Part shown: one piece after another, positions 1 through 10,230 of the stretch
Numbering within the stretch: the stretch's first letter is position 1
Layout of the letters: each line of letters begins with the position of its first letter
Assembly (NCBI GenBank): GCA_963740355.1
Contig: CAVUDW010000003.1
Span: 1,600,001 to 1,664,000 of the forward strand
Direction: 5' to 3'
Length of the DNA: 64,000 bases
Source: an uncultured Gemmatimonadaceae bacterium
GTDB taxonomy: Bacteria; Gemmatimonadota; Gemmatimonadetes; Gemmatimonadales; Gemmatimonadaceae
Translations under genes and position numbers: made by a program
Notes under the pieces: model-generated
Seen by the model: only the letters and a program-made list of their open reading frames with translations
The model's database searches: none
Told to the model about the DNA's origin: nothing

Positions 1-2
1 TC

Positions 3-2642
3 GTCAGCACACCGGCAGGCATCGACTGCATACTGAATGGCACGGCCGCTGGCACGGGAGCGTGCAGCGCCAGCTTTCCGCTTGGCACTGAAGTGTCGCT
101 CGTTCAGGAAGCGTCGGGCGGGGCAATCTTCCACGGCTGGAGCGCCAACTGCACGGGCGATCCGTGCGTGGTGACGATGAATGGTCAGCGCACCGTCGAC
201 GCGACGTTTCGTACGCCGCAGGCCGCTGGTACACTCGCCGTGGGCGGCTTCGGGACCGGCGCCGGCACCGTAACGAGTGTGCCGGAAGGAATCAATTGCA
301 GCATCTCGGCGGGAGTCGCCACTGGTAGCTGCTCGGCGGTGTTCCCAGGCGGCATGGCAGTCGCGTTGAATGCGGCGAGCAGTGGCAGCAGTTCGTTCAG
401 CGGTTTCACCGGTGCCTGTGCCGGCATGGCGTGCAGCGCTGTCGTCGCACCGGGCACGACGACCACTGTCGCCGCAGGCTTTGCCGGCGCATCGATGCCA
501 GCCACACTCGTCATCGCACCGACGGCAGGCTCGCGCGGTGGTGGTGTGATCACGAGTTCACCAGCGGGCATCAACTGCACCGTCAACGATGGCGTGACGA
601 CCGGTGTCTGCAGCGTGACCTTCGCAACCAACACCGCGGTCGTGCTGACGCAGACCGCATCCGGCAGCGCCGTGTTTCAGGGATGGAGTGGTGACTGCAT
701 CGGCAACCCATGCCAGGTCACCGTGACGCAGAATCATGTGGCCGAGGTGACGTATCGGTTGCCGCCTGGCGGGATCGTATCGGTGAGTGCCGTCGGCACC
801 GGCTCGGGCACTGTCACCAGCACACCGGCCGGGATCGCGTGCACGATCACCAACGGAGTGGCAGGTGGTGGGTGCAGCGCATCGTTCGATGCCGGTGTGG
901 CCGTCACCTTGAGCGCAGTCAGCGCAGGAACGACCGCGTTCTCCGGATTCTCCGGCGCCTGCAGTGGCAGTAGCTGCACCGTGATCGCAGCCACCGGTGC
1001 CACCACTGCGGTTGGCGCCAGCTTCACCGCGTCGATCCCGGCCACGCTGACAGTCCGGGCTTCGCCGGCATCACGCGGCACCGGCACGATCACCAGCTCG
1101 CCGGCGGGCCTCAATTGCACCGTCACCGACGGCGTGGCGTCCGGGGTCTGCAGCGGCGCGTTTGCCAGCAATACCATCGTCACGCTGACACAACTCCCTG
1201 GTGGTGCCAGCATCTTCCAGGGATGGAGCGGAGACTGCGTCGGCAACCCCTGCCAGATCTCGATGACGGCTCCACGCGTCGGTGAGATCACCTACCGCGT
1301 CCCACCGCCCGGTATCGTGATGGTGTCCGGCACGGGCACCGGCAACGGTAGCGTGACCAGTTCACCCTCAGGCATCACCTGCACCGTGACGGCGGGCGTC
1401 ACCAGCGGAATCTGCAGTGCGACCTTCGACGCCGGCAGCACGGTGACACTCATCGGCGGCAGCTCGAACAACGGCAGCTTCGATGGCTTCACCGGCGCAT
1501 GCACCGGTTCCAGCTGCGCCATCGCGGTCGTGAGCAACACCACCGCCGCCGTGAGTGCCGCGTTCAATGCAGCGCCGCAGCGCCTGACGGTCACCGCAGG
1601 TCCTGGTTCGGCAGGCGGTGGGGTCATCACCAGTTCGCCGGCGGGCATCAACTGCATTCTCAGCGGCACGACCACCAGCGGCACCTGCACGGCGTTCTTC
1701 GCCTACGGCAGTGTGGTCACGTTGCAGCAGACCACGACCGGCAACGCCGTGTTCGCGAGCTGGGCCGGTGATTGTGTATCGGATCCCTGTCAGGTAGCCA
1801 TGTCGCAGGGCCGCACCGCGCTAGCGATCTTCCAGACGCAGGTGGTCACCGTCGCAGGTGGCGGCACCGGCAGCGGCGTGGTGACCAGCGTGCCATCCGG
1901 AATCAGCTGCACGATCACGAATGGCGTCACCGGCGGCACCTGCAGCACGTCGTTCCCACCGAACACCGTCGTCTCGCTGACGGCCACACCATCCGGGCTG
2001 GCGTCGTTCTCCGGCTACTCCGGTGCCTGTACCGCGTCGACGTGCACGATGACGATGGCGCCCGGTGTCACCAACAGCGTCACGGCGCAATTCACCGCAC
2101 CGCCGCAACTCTCGCTCTCAGCCGGCACTGGCTCCCAGGGCGGCGGTACCCTCACCAGCGCACCGTCCGGCCTGTCCTGCACGTTGAGCAACGCGGCCAG
2201 CAGCGGGTCGTGCACCTTCGCCTATGCGCTCAATACCGTCGTGACAGTGACGCAGACGCCCACCAATGGCAGCGTCTTCCTCAACTGGGCTGGCGCGTGC
2301 AGCGGCAGTGGCGCGTGCACCGTGCCGCTGACGGCATCACGATCGGTGCAAGCCGTGTATCGCCTGGCCGTTCCCGGCTCGGTGACCGTGAATTCCGGTG
2401 CGGGGAGCGGCAATGGCTCGGTTTCGAGTTCGCCCGGTGGCATCGCCTGCGCGATCGCCAACGGTGTGAAGTCAGGGATCTGTCGTGCCATCTTCCCCGT
2501 TGGCTCCACGGTGACCCTGCTCCCGATCGCGAACTCGGGCTACACCTTCACTGGCTTCAGCGGGTCGTGCACCGGCATGACGTGTACCCTGACGGTGCCG
2601 GAGAATGGCGACCTCACGGTGACGGCGAATTTCACGCCCTGA
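3..2642 (+). CDS. Cys-rich repeat surface protein (divergent InlB B-repeat-like domains), 5' truncated by window edge
   Basis: Frame open from position 3 (VSTPAGIDCILNG...). About ten ~88-aa repeats GxGxGxVTSxPxGIxC...CSAxF...VTL...FxG(W/F)SGxCxGxxCxV. Confidence 0.8.
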   Translation, partial: VSTPAGIDCILNGTAAGTGACSASFPLGTEVSLVQEASGGAIFHGWSANCTGDPCVVTMNGQRTVDATFRTPQAAGTLAVGGFGTGAGTVTSVPEGINCSISAGVATGSCSAVFPGGMAVALNAASSGSSSFSGFTGACAGMACSAVVAPGTTTTVAAGFAGASMPATLVIAPTAGSRGGGVITSSPAGINCTVNDGVTTGVCSVTFATNTAVVLTQTASGSAVFQGWSGDCIGNPCQVTVTQNHVAEVTYRLPPGGIVSVSAVGTGSGTVTSTPAGIACTITNGVAGGGCSASFDAGVAVTLSAVSAGTTAFSGFSGACSGSSCTVIAATGATTAVGASFTASIPATLTVRASPASRGTGTITSSPAGLNCTVTDGVASGVCSGAFASNTIVTLTQLPGGASIFQGWSGDCVGNPCQISMTAPRVGEITYRVPPPGIVMVSGTGTGNGSVTSSPSGITCTVTAGVTSGICSATFDAGSTVTLIGGSSNNGSFDGFTGACTGSSCAIAVVSNTTAAVSAAFNAAPQRLTVTAGPGSAGGGVITSSPAGINCILSGTTTSGTCTAFFAYGSVVTLQQTTTGNAVFASWAGDCVSDPCQVAMSQGRTALAIFQTQVVTVAGGGTGSGVVTSVPSGISCTITNGVTGGTCSTSFPPNTVVSLTATPSGLASFSGYSGACTASTCTMTMAPGVTNSVTAQFTAPPQLSLSAGTGSQGGGTLTSAPSGLSCTLSNAASSGSCTFAYALNTVVTVTQTPTNGSVFLNWAGACSGSGACTVPLTASRSVQAVYRLAVPGSVTVNSGAGSGNGSVSSSPGGIACAIANGVKSGICRAIFPVGSTVTLLPIANSGYTFTGFSGSCTGMTCTLTVPENGDLTVTANFTP

Positions 2643-2797
2643 TAGCGATGGGCGGCGTGACGCGGTTCGAGGGCAGCAGGAATAGTGACCGCAGTGCGTC
2701 GTGGCGGTGACGGTCCCGTGGCCGCGCACCGATAGCTTGCAGCATCCAGTGAGTCAGGGAGTTCGTTCCTCGATCGCTGCCCCCTGACCACGTCCTG

Positions 2798-4795
2798 ATG
2801 CTCCCGCCCGCGTCTCTGCCGACCGACTCCAGTTCAACTGATGCGCGACGTGCGGGTCACCGTGTCGCAGCGCCGCTGCGGCTCGTCGGTGGCGCTGTCC
2901 GCGTTTTCGTCATGGCGTTGGTCTCGGTGCTCGTGCTGCCGTATGTCGTCGTGCCCGTGTACGAATCGCGCGCCTCGGTGCCGTTTCACGGCCCCTCGCT
3001 CTACAACCCGTACCACGATGCCGGCGCCGCATGGCAGCGGGCGAACTTCCATGCACACAGCAAGGCCTGGGGTGGCATCACGTCGGGCAAGCAGTCACCC
3101 GCCGAGGTCCGCGCGGCGTACGTCAGCCGCGGGTACGACGTGATCGGGCTCTCCAATTATCACCAGATCGCGCGCGTCGCTGGCGACACGAGTTTCCTCC
3201 CGATCTACGAGCACGGGTTCAGCATCAAGAAGACGCACCAGCTCGTGATTGGCGCACGTCATGTCACGGCCATCGACTTCCCGATCTGGCAGACGACCAA
3301 CGCCAAGCAGTACCTGCTGGCGGCACTACACGACTCGCTCTCACTCACCGCCATTGCGCACCCATATCTGCGCATGGGGTACGACACGGCGCAGTTGGCG
3401 CAGCTGGGCGGGTTCGACCTGCTCGAGGTGCGCAGCCACTGGAACGACGCATCCCCGTGGTGGGACGCGGCACTTACGACCGGCAATGCCGTGTGGGCGA
3501 TCGGCAATGATGATGTGCACGACATCACCAAGCCGCGCGAGACCGGTGTGGTCTGGACGATGGTGAATGCTCCGGACAATCGGGCGAACTCGATCCTCGC
3601 CGCCTTGCGGCAGGGCCGGATGTACGTCGTTGCCGCCGCAGCAGGCGCCGCAGTGGGCGCACCGCCACCGCGACTGTCACGCGTCGTCGTGCGCGGTGAC
3701 ACCGTGACAACGACCTTCAGTGAGCCGATGCAGCAGCTCCGCGTGATCGTTGACCGCGGGGTGGTTCGCGCCGACACAACCAACAGCACCGAAATGCGCT
3801 ACGTGATGCAGGCGAGTGACACATATGCCCGGGTCGTTGCCACGTCCAGCGCAGGCACCATCTACGTGAACCCCGTGATTCGTGCGTCCGTCGAGCCGCG
3901 GCCCGCTGCGGTACCACCGATCCGGCCGCTGGCCAGCCTGTTCAGTCGCGCGGCGGCGGCGATCGTCTGGCTGTTGGCGATGGTGTTGCTCATGCCAGGC
4001 CGCCTGGCGCGGCGCATGCGTGCGAGCGTTCGGCCGACACCGGTGCCCTCGCTACGCGCTGCGGTGTTGCTGGCGGGAGTGCTCGCATTGCCCGAGCCCG
4101 CCCACGCGCAGGGGTTGCACACCCCCGCGGCGTCCCTGCCCTTCCGCATCGGCGAGTATCACGAGTACGACCTCAAGTTCGGCGCCTTGACGGTCGGCAG
4201 CGGGTCGTTGTCCGTAACGGGACCGGACACGCTACGGGGGCGTGAAGTGCTACGCCTGCGGTACGAGATCAATGGCGGTATTCCGTTCTTCCGTGTACAC
4301 GACGTGATGGAGAGCTGGTTCGATCCGGTCAACCTGCTCAGCATGCGATTCACGCAGGACCTGAACGAAGGCCCGAAGCACTACAATCGCTTCTACGACT
4401 TCTATCCGGCCGAGTCGATCGTGCTGGAGCGAGGGAAGCCCCGCGCCGCCACGGTGGCCGCGCCGCTCGACGATGCCGCCTTCATCTTCTTCGTTCGCAC
4501 ACTCGACCTTCAGGTCGGGCAGACGCTGAGTTTTTCGCGCTATTTCCGGCCCAGCGCCAACCCGGTCACGATCCAGGTGCTGCGAAAGGAGAGCATCACG
4601 GTGCCAGCCGGCACATTCAACACGATCGTCGTGAAGCCGATCATCCGGACGTCCGGCATCTTTTCCGAGGGCGGCCAGGCCGAGCTCTGGTTCACCGATG
4701 ACGCGGCCCACACGCTGGTGCAGATGAAGGCGAAGCTGTCGTTCGGGTCACTGAACCTCTACCTCCGGCCGTCGAGACGAAAGCCGCCGGCCTAG
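2798..4795 (+). CDS. PHP-like metallohydrolase domain fused to C-terminal DUF3108-like domain
   Basis: N-terminal half has NFHAHS, GLSNYH, IAHP and GNDDVH metal motifs. C-terminal half has GEYHEYDLKFG, ESITVPAGTFNT and ELWFTDD...LVQMK. Confidence 0.7.
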   Translation: MLPPASLPTDSSSTDARRAGHRVAAPLRLVGGAVRVFVMALVSVLVLPYVVVPVYESRASVPFHGPSLYNPYHDAGAAWQRANFHAHSKAWGGITSGKQSPAEVRAAYVSRGYDVIGLSNYHQIARVAGDTSFLPIYEHGFSIKKTHQLVIGARHVTAIDFPIWQTTNAKQYLLAALHDSLSLTAIAHPYLRMGYDTAQLAQLGGFDLLEVRSHWNDASPWWDAALTTGNAVWAIGNDDVHDITKPRETGVVWTMVNAPDNRANSILAALRQGRMYVVAAAAGAAVGAPPPRLSRVVVRGDTVTTTFSEPMQQLRVIVDRGVVRADTTNSTEMRYVMQASDTYARVVATSSAGTIYVNPVIRASVEPRPAAVPPIRPLASLFSRAAAAIVWLLAMVLLMPGRLARRMRASVRPTPVPSLRAAVLLAGVLALPEPAHAQGLHTPAASLPFRIGEYHEYDLKFGALTVGSGSLSVTGPDTLRGREVLRLRYEINGGIPFFRVHDVMESWFDPVNLLSMRFTQDLNEGPKHYNRFYDFYPAESIVLERGKPRAATVAAPLDDAAFIFFVRTLDLQVGQTLSFSRYFRPSANPVTIQVLRKESITVPAGTFNTIVVKPIIRTSGIFSEGGQAELWFTDDAAHTLVQMKAKLSFGSLNLYLRPSRRKPPA

Positions 4796-6414
4796 TGCTT
4801 CATGTCCGGCAAGTGCATCGGCATCGTCATCGGTACCGGTTGCGATGACGGGAGCTCCTTCACACGTTCGCTCCACGGACGTCGCAGGTGCGAGGTGGCG
4901 AACAGTGCCACCGTGAGTGCGGTGTCAGCGCCACGAAGCACCGGCACGGTGCGCACCAATCGCACGGTGTCGAACACCGCGAGGAACGGCTCGGCGGTAA
5001 TCCAGAGTTCGGGATTCGTGACCGGCGTTGGGATCTTCAACACCAGCACACCGTCCGTGCCGATCAGGGACCTGATGTCCGACGCAAACTGAAAGTGTCG
5101 TGCGTCGTCATTCAACACCACGGTGGGGAGAGCGCCGCCGAGCGCGTACCCGATCTTCGCGCCCCGGATCCAGTCGGCCGTAGCCACATAACGCGCGTTG
5201 GTGAGCATCCCGCTGCTGTCGAGCGCCGCACGAATGGATCGATACTCGAGCAACTCGAAGGCGGGGTCTCGATGGCGGAGCGACGGGACGAATCGCGCGA
5301 GCCAGCCGGTGGCGGCGTGACTGACGACGATTGCCAGCAGGAACGCAAAGACGCCGCCGGCTGCCTTCATGCGAGCTGGCGCAACGGTTGGTGCGCGCTG
5401 CTCCCAGCGTGCGATGGCGGCGCCGAGCAGCGGGAGGAGCAGGAAGAATCCGGGGGCCGGCCAATGCGGGAGGCCCGCCCGTCCGCCAAGCGAGGCCAGT
5501 GTGAACACGATCACCGGTGCCGCACCGAGGCACACGCAGAACCAGGTCGCGCGATCGCGCGGGCCGCTTCGCACACCCTTGTACAGCAGCACCACAAGCG
5601 GCACCCAGAACCACGGGAAGAGATAACCCGCCTGACCGGCGATGTTTTGGAGCAGTGCCGTCAGCGCGTTGCCGTGGCCGGCGGCACGTCCCGCCTGAAA
5701 GCGGAACGAGATCCAGTCGTGCTGCGCATTCCAGATAAAGACTGGCAGGACGCAGAGTGCCGCCACGGCAACCGCGGCGTATGGCTGCGGGCGTGTGAAC
5801 CAGCGCCGCGCCGTGCCGTCCGTGACCATGAAGACCGCAACGCCCGCACCGAGCAATGCCGCGTGGTACTTCGACAGGCCTGCGCAGCCGAGCGCGATAC
5901 CTAGCGCGAGCCACGGCATCCACGTCGAATCAGCATCAGCGGCCGCAGGGTCGCTCGCGGTAGCCGGCGCGTGTGGTGCGACCGGCACCGCGTACGACAG
6001 GGCCAGCGCGGCAGCGATGCTGGCACAAAGCAACGGGCCATCGGGCAATACCCAGCTCCCGCTGCTGAGGCTGAACACCGGGATGCACTGCGCTGCAGCG
6101 GTGGCCCACAACCCGGCGCGCTCGCCGAACAATCGTGACGTGAGCCGGAAGAGCAGCCAGGACGTCAGCGCAAACAGCAGCACGAACGGCCATCGCAGGG
6201 CCAACGGTGATTCGCCGCCGAGCGCCGAGGCGGCGTGTGCGAGCCAGAAGACTGCGGGTGGATGATCGAAGTAGCTGAGCGCCAGGCGTCGCGAGACGAC
6301 TACCGCGTAGGACTCATCGATACCCAGCGGGAGTAGCGCGGCAACGAGGAGGCGGAGAGCTGTGGATGCAGCGATCAGCCATTGGGTGCGGCGGGTGTCG
6401 GCGGTGGCGGCCAT
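4792..6414 (-). CDS. Glycosyltransferase family 39/83 (PMT/ArnT-like) membrane protein
   Basis: DESY...LSYFDHPP, LPDGPL, GLSKY and PVFIWNAQHDWISFRFQ motifs; many TM segments. Start could be 6429. Confidence 0.85.
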   Translation of the reverse strand: MAATADTRRTQWLIAASTALRLLVAALLPLGIDESYAVVVSRRLALSYFDHPPAVFWLAHAASALGGESPLALRWPFVLLFALTSWLLFRLTSRLFGERAGLWATAAAQCIPVFSLSSGSWVLPDGPLLCASIAAALALSYAVPVAPHAPATASDPAAADADSTWMPWLALGIALGCAGLSKYHAALLGAGVAVFMVTDGTARRWFTRPQPYAAVAVAALCVLPVFIWNAQHDWISFRFQAGRAAGHGNALTALLQNIAGQAGYLFPWFWVPLVVLLYKGVRSGPRDRATWFCVCLGAAPVIVFTLASLGGRAGLPHWPAPGFFLLLPLLGAAIARWEQRAPTVAPARMKAAGGVFAFLLAIVVSHAATGWLARFVPSLRHRDPAFELLEYRSIRAALDSSGMLTNARYVATADWIRGAKIGYALGGALPTVVLNDDARHFQFASDIRSLIGTDGVLVLKIPTPVTNPELWITAEPFLAVFDTVRLVRTVPVLRGADTALTVALFATSHLRRPWSERVKELPSSQPVPMTMPMHLPDMKH

Positions 6415-6610
6415 CACTCGCCTGCACACCAGCGCACGTGCATCATGCGGCGTTCAATCATCATCGCGAGAAGGATAGCCAGGTCTCTACAGCGCCTTGC
6501 GAGAAGAGAGCAAGCCGCTGCATTTCTGTCTCTTGCACTGAGTCTCTCCCGCGCTCCATCGGAATGCGGGAAGGTGCCACGAAGTTCGCCAGCGGCGTGG
6601 TCCGCATCGA

Positions 6611-7087
6611 TCAGGACGGGCGCGCCGTCAGTTCGATCCCGTCATCCCTCGCGTTGGAGACGATCCGCTCGAGGGTGCTGCGCAGTGCTGCTGCGTTCGC
6701 GGCGCCTACCTGGGTCGTCAGCTGCGCTTCGAAGTCCGCGTGGAATCGACGTGCCGCCTGCAGGGCTTTTCGACCACGGGTCGTGAGCGCCACCGTGCGC
6801 ACGCGCGCGTCGTCAGGATCATCGCGCCGCTCGACATAGCCCTTTGCCTCCATCTCGGCCACGATCTTGAGGGCGCCCTGCGACGTGATCTGCAGGCGCG
6901 TCGCGAGCGAAACGAGGCTTGCGGGCCCTGCATCGAGCAGCCGGAAGACATAGCCGAACGACCGGCCCAGATCCTGGAATCCGGCCTTCGCCATGGCTGC
7001 GTGCAGGCGGGCAACGAAGGCGCCATAGGCGAGGTTGAACAGCACGCCGAGGTCGACGTCAGACTGGGGGGTTGTCATATCATTCAC
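6611..7087 (-). CDS. MarR family transcriptional regulator
   Basis: Winged-helix motif GYVERRDDPDDARVRTVALTTRG; divergent from cupin gene. Confidence 0.9.
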   Translation of the reverse strand: MNDMTTPQSDVDLGVLFNLAYGAFVARLHAAMAKAGFQDLGRSFGYVFRLLDAGPASLVSLATRLQITSQGALKIVAEMEAKGYVERRDDPDDARVRTVALTTRGRKALQAARRFHADFEAQLTTQVGAANAAALRSTLERIVSNARDDGIELTARPS

Positions 7088-7132
7088 TAAGGTTTATAAT
7101 CTGCAGTGAACAATAACCTCATGGAGGCTTTT

Positions 7133-7507
7133 ATGCCACTGCTTCACCCTGCTGACCACCGCTCCTTCGATGTTGCTGGTACCACCTTCACAAGCCTCGC
7201 GGCGCCCAGTCGAGGCGCGTCAGAAAATGCGGCCTGGCGACTGCACGTCGTGCCGGGGACCGTGGGGACTCCCCACCGTGTCACTCGCGAGGAGATCGTC
7301 ATCGCCCTTTCCGGGCGCGCGCAGGCCACGGTGAACGGCGAGGTACTGGAGATCGAGAACGGCGGCGCCTTGGTCGTTCCGGCGTCAAGCACGTTCGCAC
7401 TCGGGAATCCGTACGACGCCTCGTTCGAGGCCATTGCCATTTATCCCGTCGGCGGCGAGGTCGTTGTCGGGGACGCTGCGCCCTTTACGCCACCGTGGGC
7501 GCGATGA
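7133..7507 (+). CDS. Cupin domain protein
   Basis: TPHRVTREEIVIALSG...GGALVVPA cupin motifs; GGAGG RBS before ATG 7133. Confidence 0.85.
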   Translation: MPLLHPADHRSFDVAGTTFTSLAAPSRGASENAAWRLHVVPGTVGTPHRVTREEIVIALSGRAQATVNGEVLEIENGGALVVPASSTFALGNPYDASFEAIAIYPVGGEVVVGDAAPFTPPWAR

Positions 7508-7588
7508 CGCATGACTGTCTCTCCGGTGCCAGGTGGTGTCGGAGAGACAGACGTCGTCGGCGCGCCGTGGCTCCGGTCACGACGAGCA

Positions 7589-7978
7589 TCAATTCGAAGC
7601 ATTACGCCACTCCGAGAATGGAATCACCAGCGGCAGCAGCAGTATCCAGATGAGGAAGAACGTTGCGATGCCGCTTGGCACCGGCCTTCCGTCACGAGCC
7701 ATGATCGCCGGTACTGCGACGATTGCCAGCCACAGGCCCTTGTAGACCAGTTGCAGCACGAGCACCGGTGCCATCGCGACGGGCCACCGAATCCCCGCGA
7801 CAGAGAGGATCGCGATTGCGGTCCAGAGCGCACCGGTCACCCTGATCGCCGCATCGTTCGGCATCGCGCTCTGCTGCCACACCGTCCTCGCCGCCGTCAC
7901 GGGCGCGAGCAGTGACGTGAGTCCGACCGCGCCTGCGACGATCACGTTGGCGGCGTACACAAGACGGAGGAGTGTCAC
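7589..7978 (-). CDS. Small integral membrane protein
   Basis: Four hydrophobic segments and LQLVYKGLWL; start overlaps the upstream stop. Confidence 0.7.
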   Translation of the reverse strand: MTLLRLVYAANVIVAGAVGLTSLLAPVTAARTVWQQSAMPNDAAIRVTGALWTAIAILSVAGIRWPVAMAPVLVLQLVYKGLWLAIVAVPAIMARDGRPVPSGIATFFLIWILLLPLVIPFSEWRNASN

Positions 7979-8520
7979 GGCTCTCGTGCCTGTGCCGCGA
8001 GGCGTTGCATCGCCTGCGGCAGCGCTCGACGAAATGAAGGTCCGAAGCGTGACGCGAAGATCCGGCCCAGCGGCCCGTGGAAGCTCACGTCGTGCGTAAA
8101 TCGGCTACCGCGCTCGGTTGCGATGACGCTGCGCACGATGCGGAGAGTGGCGCCCGGCAGCAGTGTCTCGAACGTGTAGCTGACACCCGGTTCGAGAGTC
8201 GTCACCCGAAAGCGCGATGCACGCCCGCGCACCGGCACGAGGCGTCCCTCGACTCCGACAGCAAGCGGCGCGGGTGCGGACGCCTCACGAAGTTCGGTGT
8301 CCCACGATGGCCAACGCGACACATCCATCCAGAGCGCCCAGATGCGCGCGGCTGGGGCGTCAACGGCAATGGTATGCGTGAAGTGGCGATTGTCTCCAGC
8401 TGCCAACATCGGAGATTCCGTCGATTCGACCCGCGTGGGTCTCGCGGCGCATCCGGTCGACGACAGGAAGAGCATCGCGAGCAGCGCGAGCGTGCGTGAT
8501 TGGGCCAACAGACTCTCCAT
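7975..8520 (-). CDS. SRPBCC (polyketide cyclase/dehydrase-like) protein, possible lipoprotein
   Basis: HTIAVDAPAARIWALWMDVSRWPSWD and FTHDVSFHGPL. Confidence 0.8.
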   Translation of the reverse strand: MESLLAQSRTLALLAMLFLSSTGCAARPTRVESTESPMLAAGDNRHFTHTIAVDAPAARIWALWMDVSRWPSWDTELREASAPAPLAVGVEGRLVPVRGRASRFRVTTLEPGVSYTFETLLPGATLRIVRSVIATERGSRFTHDVSFHGPLGRIFASRFGPSFRRALPQAMQRLAAQAREP

Positions 8521-8554
8521 AACAGTGTTATTGAAGGTATAATAACGTCGTTAT
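8519..8554. promoter_or_regulatory. Divergent promoter with two ATAAC-N3-GTTAT palindromes (probable TetR operators)
   Basis: ATAACAGTGTTAT at 8519-8531 and ATAACGTCGTTAT at 8542-8554; TATAAT at 8538-8543. Confidence 0.7.
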
Positions 8555-9182
8555 GACTGATGCAAGCCTGCCCCACGGATCGGATCTCCGACGAGCTGTC
8601 CTCGACGCCGCTCGCGCGCTCTTCACCGCGCATGGTGTGGAGGGTCTCGCCGTGCGACGCGTCGCCGAGCAGGCGGGCTGCACCACGATGGCGCTCTACA
8701 CGCATTTCGCTGGCAAGGACGGCCTGCTCGGCGCCCTGTTCGATGAAGGGTTTGCTGAGCTGGCGCGGGCGCAACGCGAGGTGCCCCGAACGTCCGACGC
8801 CGTCGCGTACGTGCGCGCACTCTGCCTCGCCTATCGCGAGACGGCGCATCGATTTCCGCATCACTACGCACTCATGCTTGGTCGCTTCAGCGGGGCACAC
8901 ACCCCGTCCGCAGCCAGTGCAGCGGCGGCGCGCCAGACCCTCGACGTCCTGGTGCATGCCATCGAGTCAACGCGTCCACGCACGCGTGACCGTCGCGCGC
9001 GCGCCGCTGAGTCGGCGCAAGCGATCTTTGCGTTCTGTCACGGCTGGGTGTCGCTCGAGGCACTGCAGTTCATCCAGCCGGCGGCGGCGACGGAACGCCA
9101 GTTCCTGAATGCCGTCAGCGCCTTGCTGCATGCAGACGCGTTGCCCGCGCCGTCACCGTCGCGCGCACCCATCCCTCGATGA
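8553..9182 (+). CDS. TetR/AcrR family regulator (WHG-type C-terminus)
   Basis: VLDAARALF...VRRVAEQAGCTTMALYTHFAGKDGL; FCHGWVSLE. Confidence 0.9.
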   Translation: MTDASLPHGSDLRRAVLDAARALFTAHGVEGLAVRRVAEQAGCTTMALYTHFAGKDGLLGALFDEGFAELARAQREVPRTSDAVAYVRALCLAYRETAHRFPHHYALMLGRFSGAHTPSAASAAAARQTLDVLVHAIESTRPRTRDRRARAAESAQAIFAFCHGWVSLEALQFIQPAAATERQFLNAVSALLHADALPAPSPSRAPIPR

Positions 9183-9279
9183 CAGCGGTCGCCTCGGTCC
9201 CGCGGACTGTGACGAGTGGTAACCACAGTCGCGAACGGAGCCGGCTGAGTGCTGGGGCCCAGGCGACTAGCTTCAGGTT

Positions 9280-9684
9280 ATGTCTTCGGCTGCCATGATC
9301 TGGCTCCTCCTGCTGCACCTGTTCGCGCCGACGCGGGAACAGCCCGCGGCGTGGGGTGCGGCCGTCACAGGGCAGTCGCGATCGGCCGGTGTGCATGCGT
9401 CCATGCAGCCGACGAGTTCGCTGGATAGGGCGCACGAAAGGACGCCGGAGGAATTCGTTCGCGCGTCCGCACGGGTCGCGGCCGCGACGGGTCTGCGCCA
9501 ATCGTGGCCCGTGCCATTCGCAGGGCGGACAGGTGGTGGCCTCAAAGCGAGCGCTGCAGGACTCCAGCATCTCGCAGGAACAGCACGTCAAGTTCTGCTG
9601 ACCCACGGCACCGAGACCCACCGCCTCGCATCCCGCGGTTCCGTACTGCCGTACTTCCCGACGGCCCCGCCCCGACAGGCCTAG
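9280..9684 (+). CDS. Hypothetical protein, possible leader/uORF ending LPYFPTAPP
   Basis: Hydrophobic N-terminus, low-complexity middle, Pro-rich C-terminus. Confidence 0.4.
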   Translation: MSSAAMIWLLLLHLFAPTREQPAAWGAAVTGQSRSAGVHASMQPTSSLDRAHERTPEEFVRASARVAAATGLRQSWPVPFAGRTGGGLKASAAGLQHLAGTARQVLLTHGTETHRLASRGSVLPYFPTAPPRQA

Positions 9685-9873
9685 TCGATCCGCCCTGCTC
9701 CTGACGCGCCATGCGCGCCTCAGCGGTCCAAACATCGGGCGGTCGCCCCCAATGCTCCTCTCACTGCCCCGAGCCACGCTGCACGGGGCCCTTCGGCATC
9801 GCCTCCGCCCGCGGTCAGGCTGGTGCGCCTATGCGCCCACGAACCGCCTGCTCGGGCTCCACGTGGAGTACCC

Positions 9874-10137
9874 ATGACTCATTCAATACCGCCACGCACG
9901 AACGAACTCGCCGCGCCTTGGTACCGTCGAGAGATGTGGCTCGCCGTCTGTCTCGCGTCATTCGTTCCCGTCTGCATCGCGATCGTCGCCCCGCCTGAAT
10001 GGAAGGTGCCGCTGATCGGGCTCGCCGGCGCAGTGATGATGGCCAGCATCGTGATGCTCATTCGGCAGTACCGGCAGGCTGGCGAGCAGCAGACTCGCGA
10101 GGGTGTGCGGTCGGATCAGACGACAGCAGCCGGCTGA
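9874..10137 (+). CDS. Small two-TM membrane protein
   Basis: GGAG RBS before ATG 9874; two hydrophobic helices. Confidence 0.65.
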   Translation: MTHSIPPRTNELAAPWYRREMWLAVCLASFVPVCIAIVAPPEWKVPLIGLAGAVMMASIVMLIRQYRQAGEQQTREGVRSDQTTAAG

Positions 10138-10230
10138 CGGCGGGACGGACGACTTTCGCGGGTGGTGGCAGTTCCGACCGAATGGCGCCGCCACCACCCC
10201 AACTCATCAACGTCTCACCTCGCACCGCCC

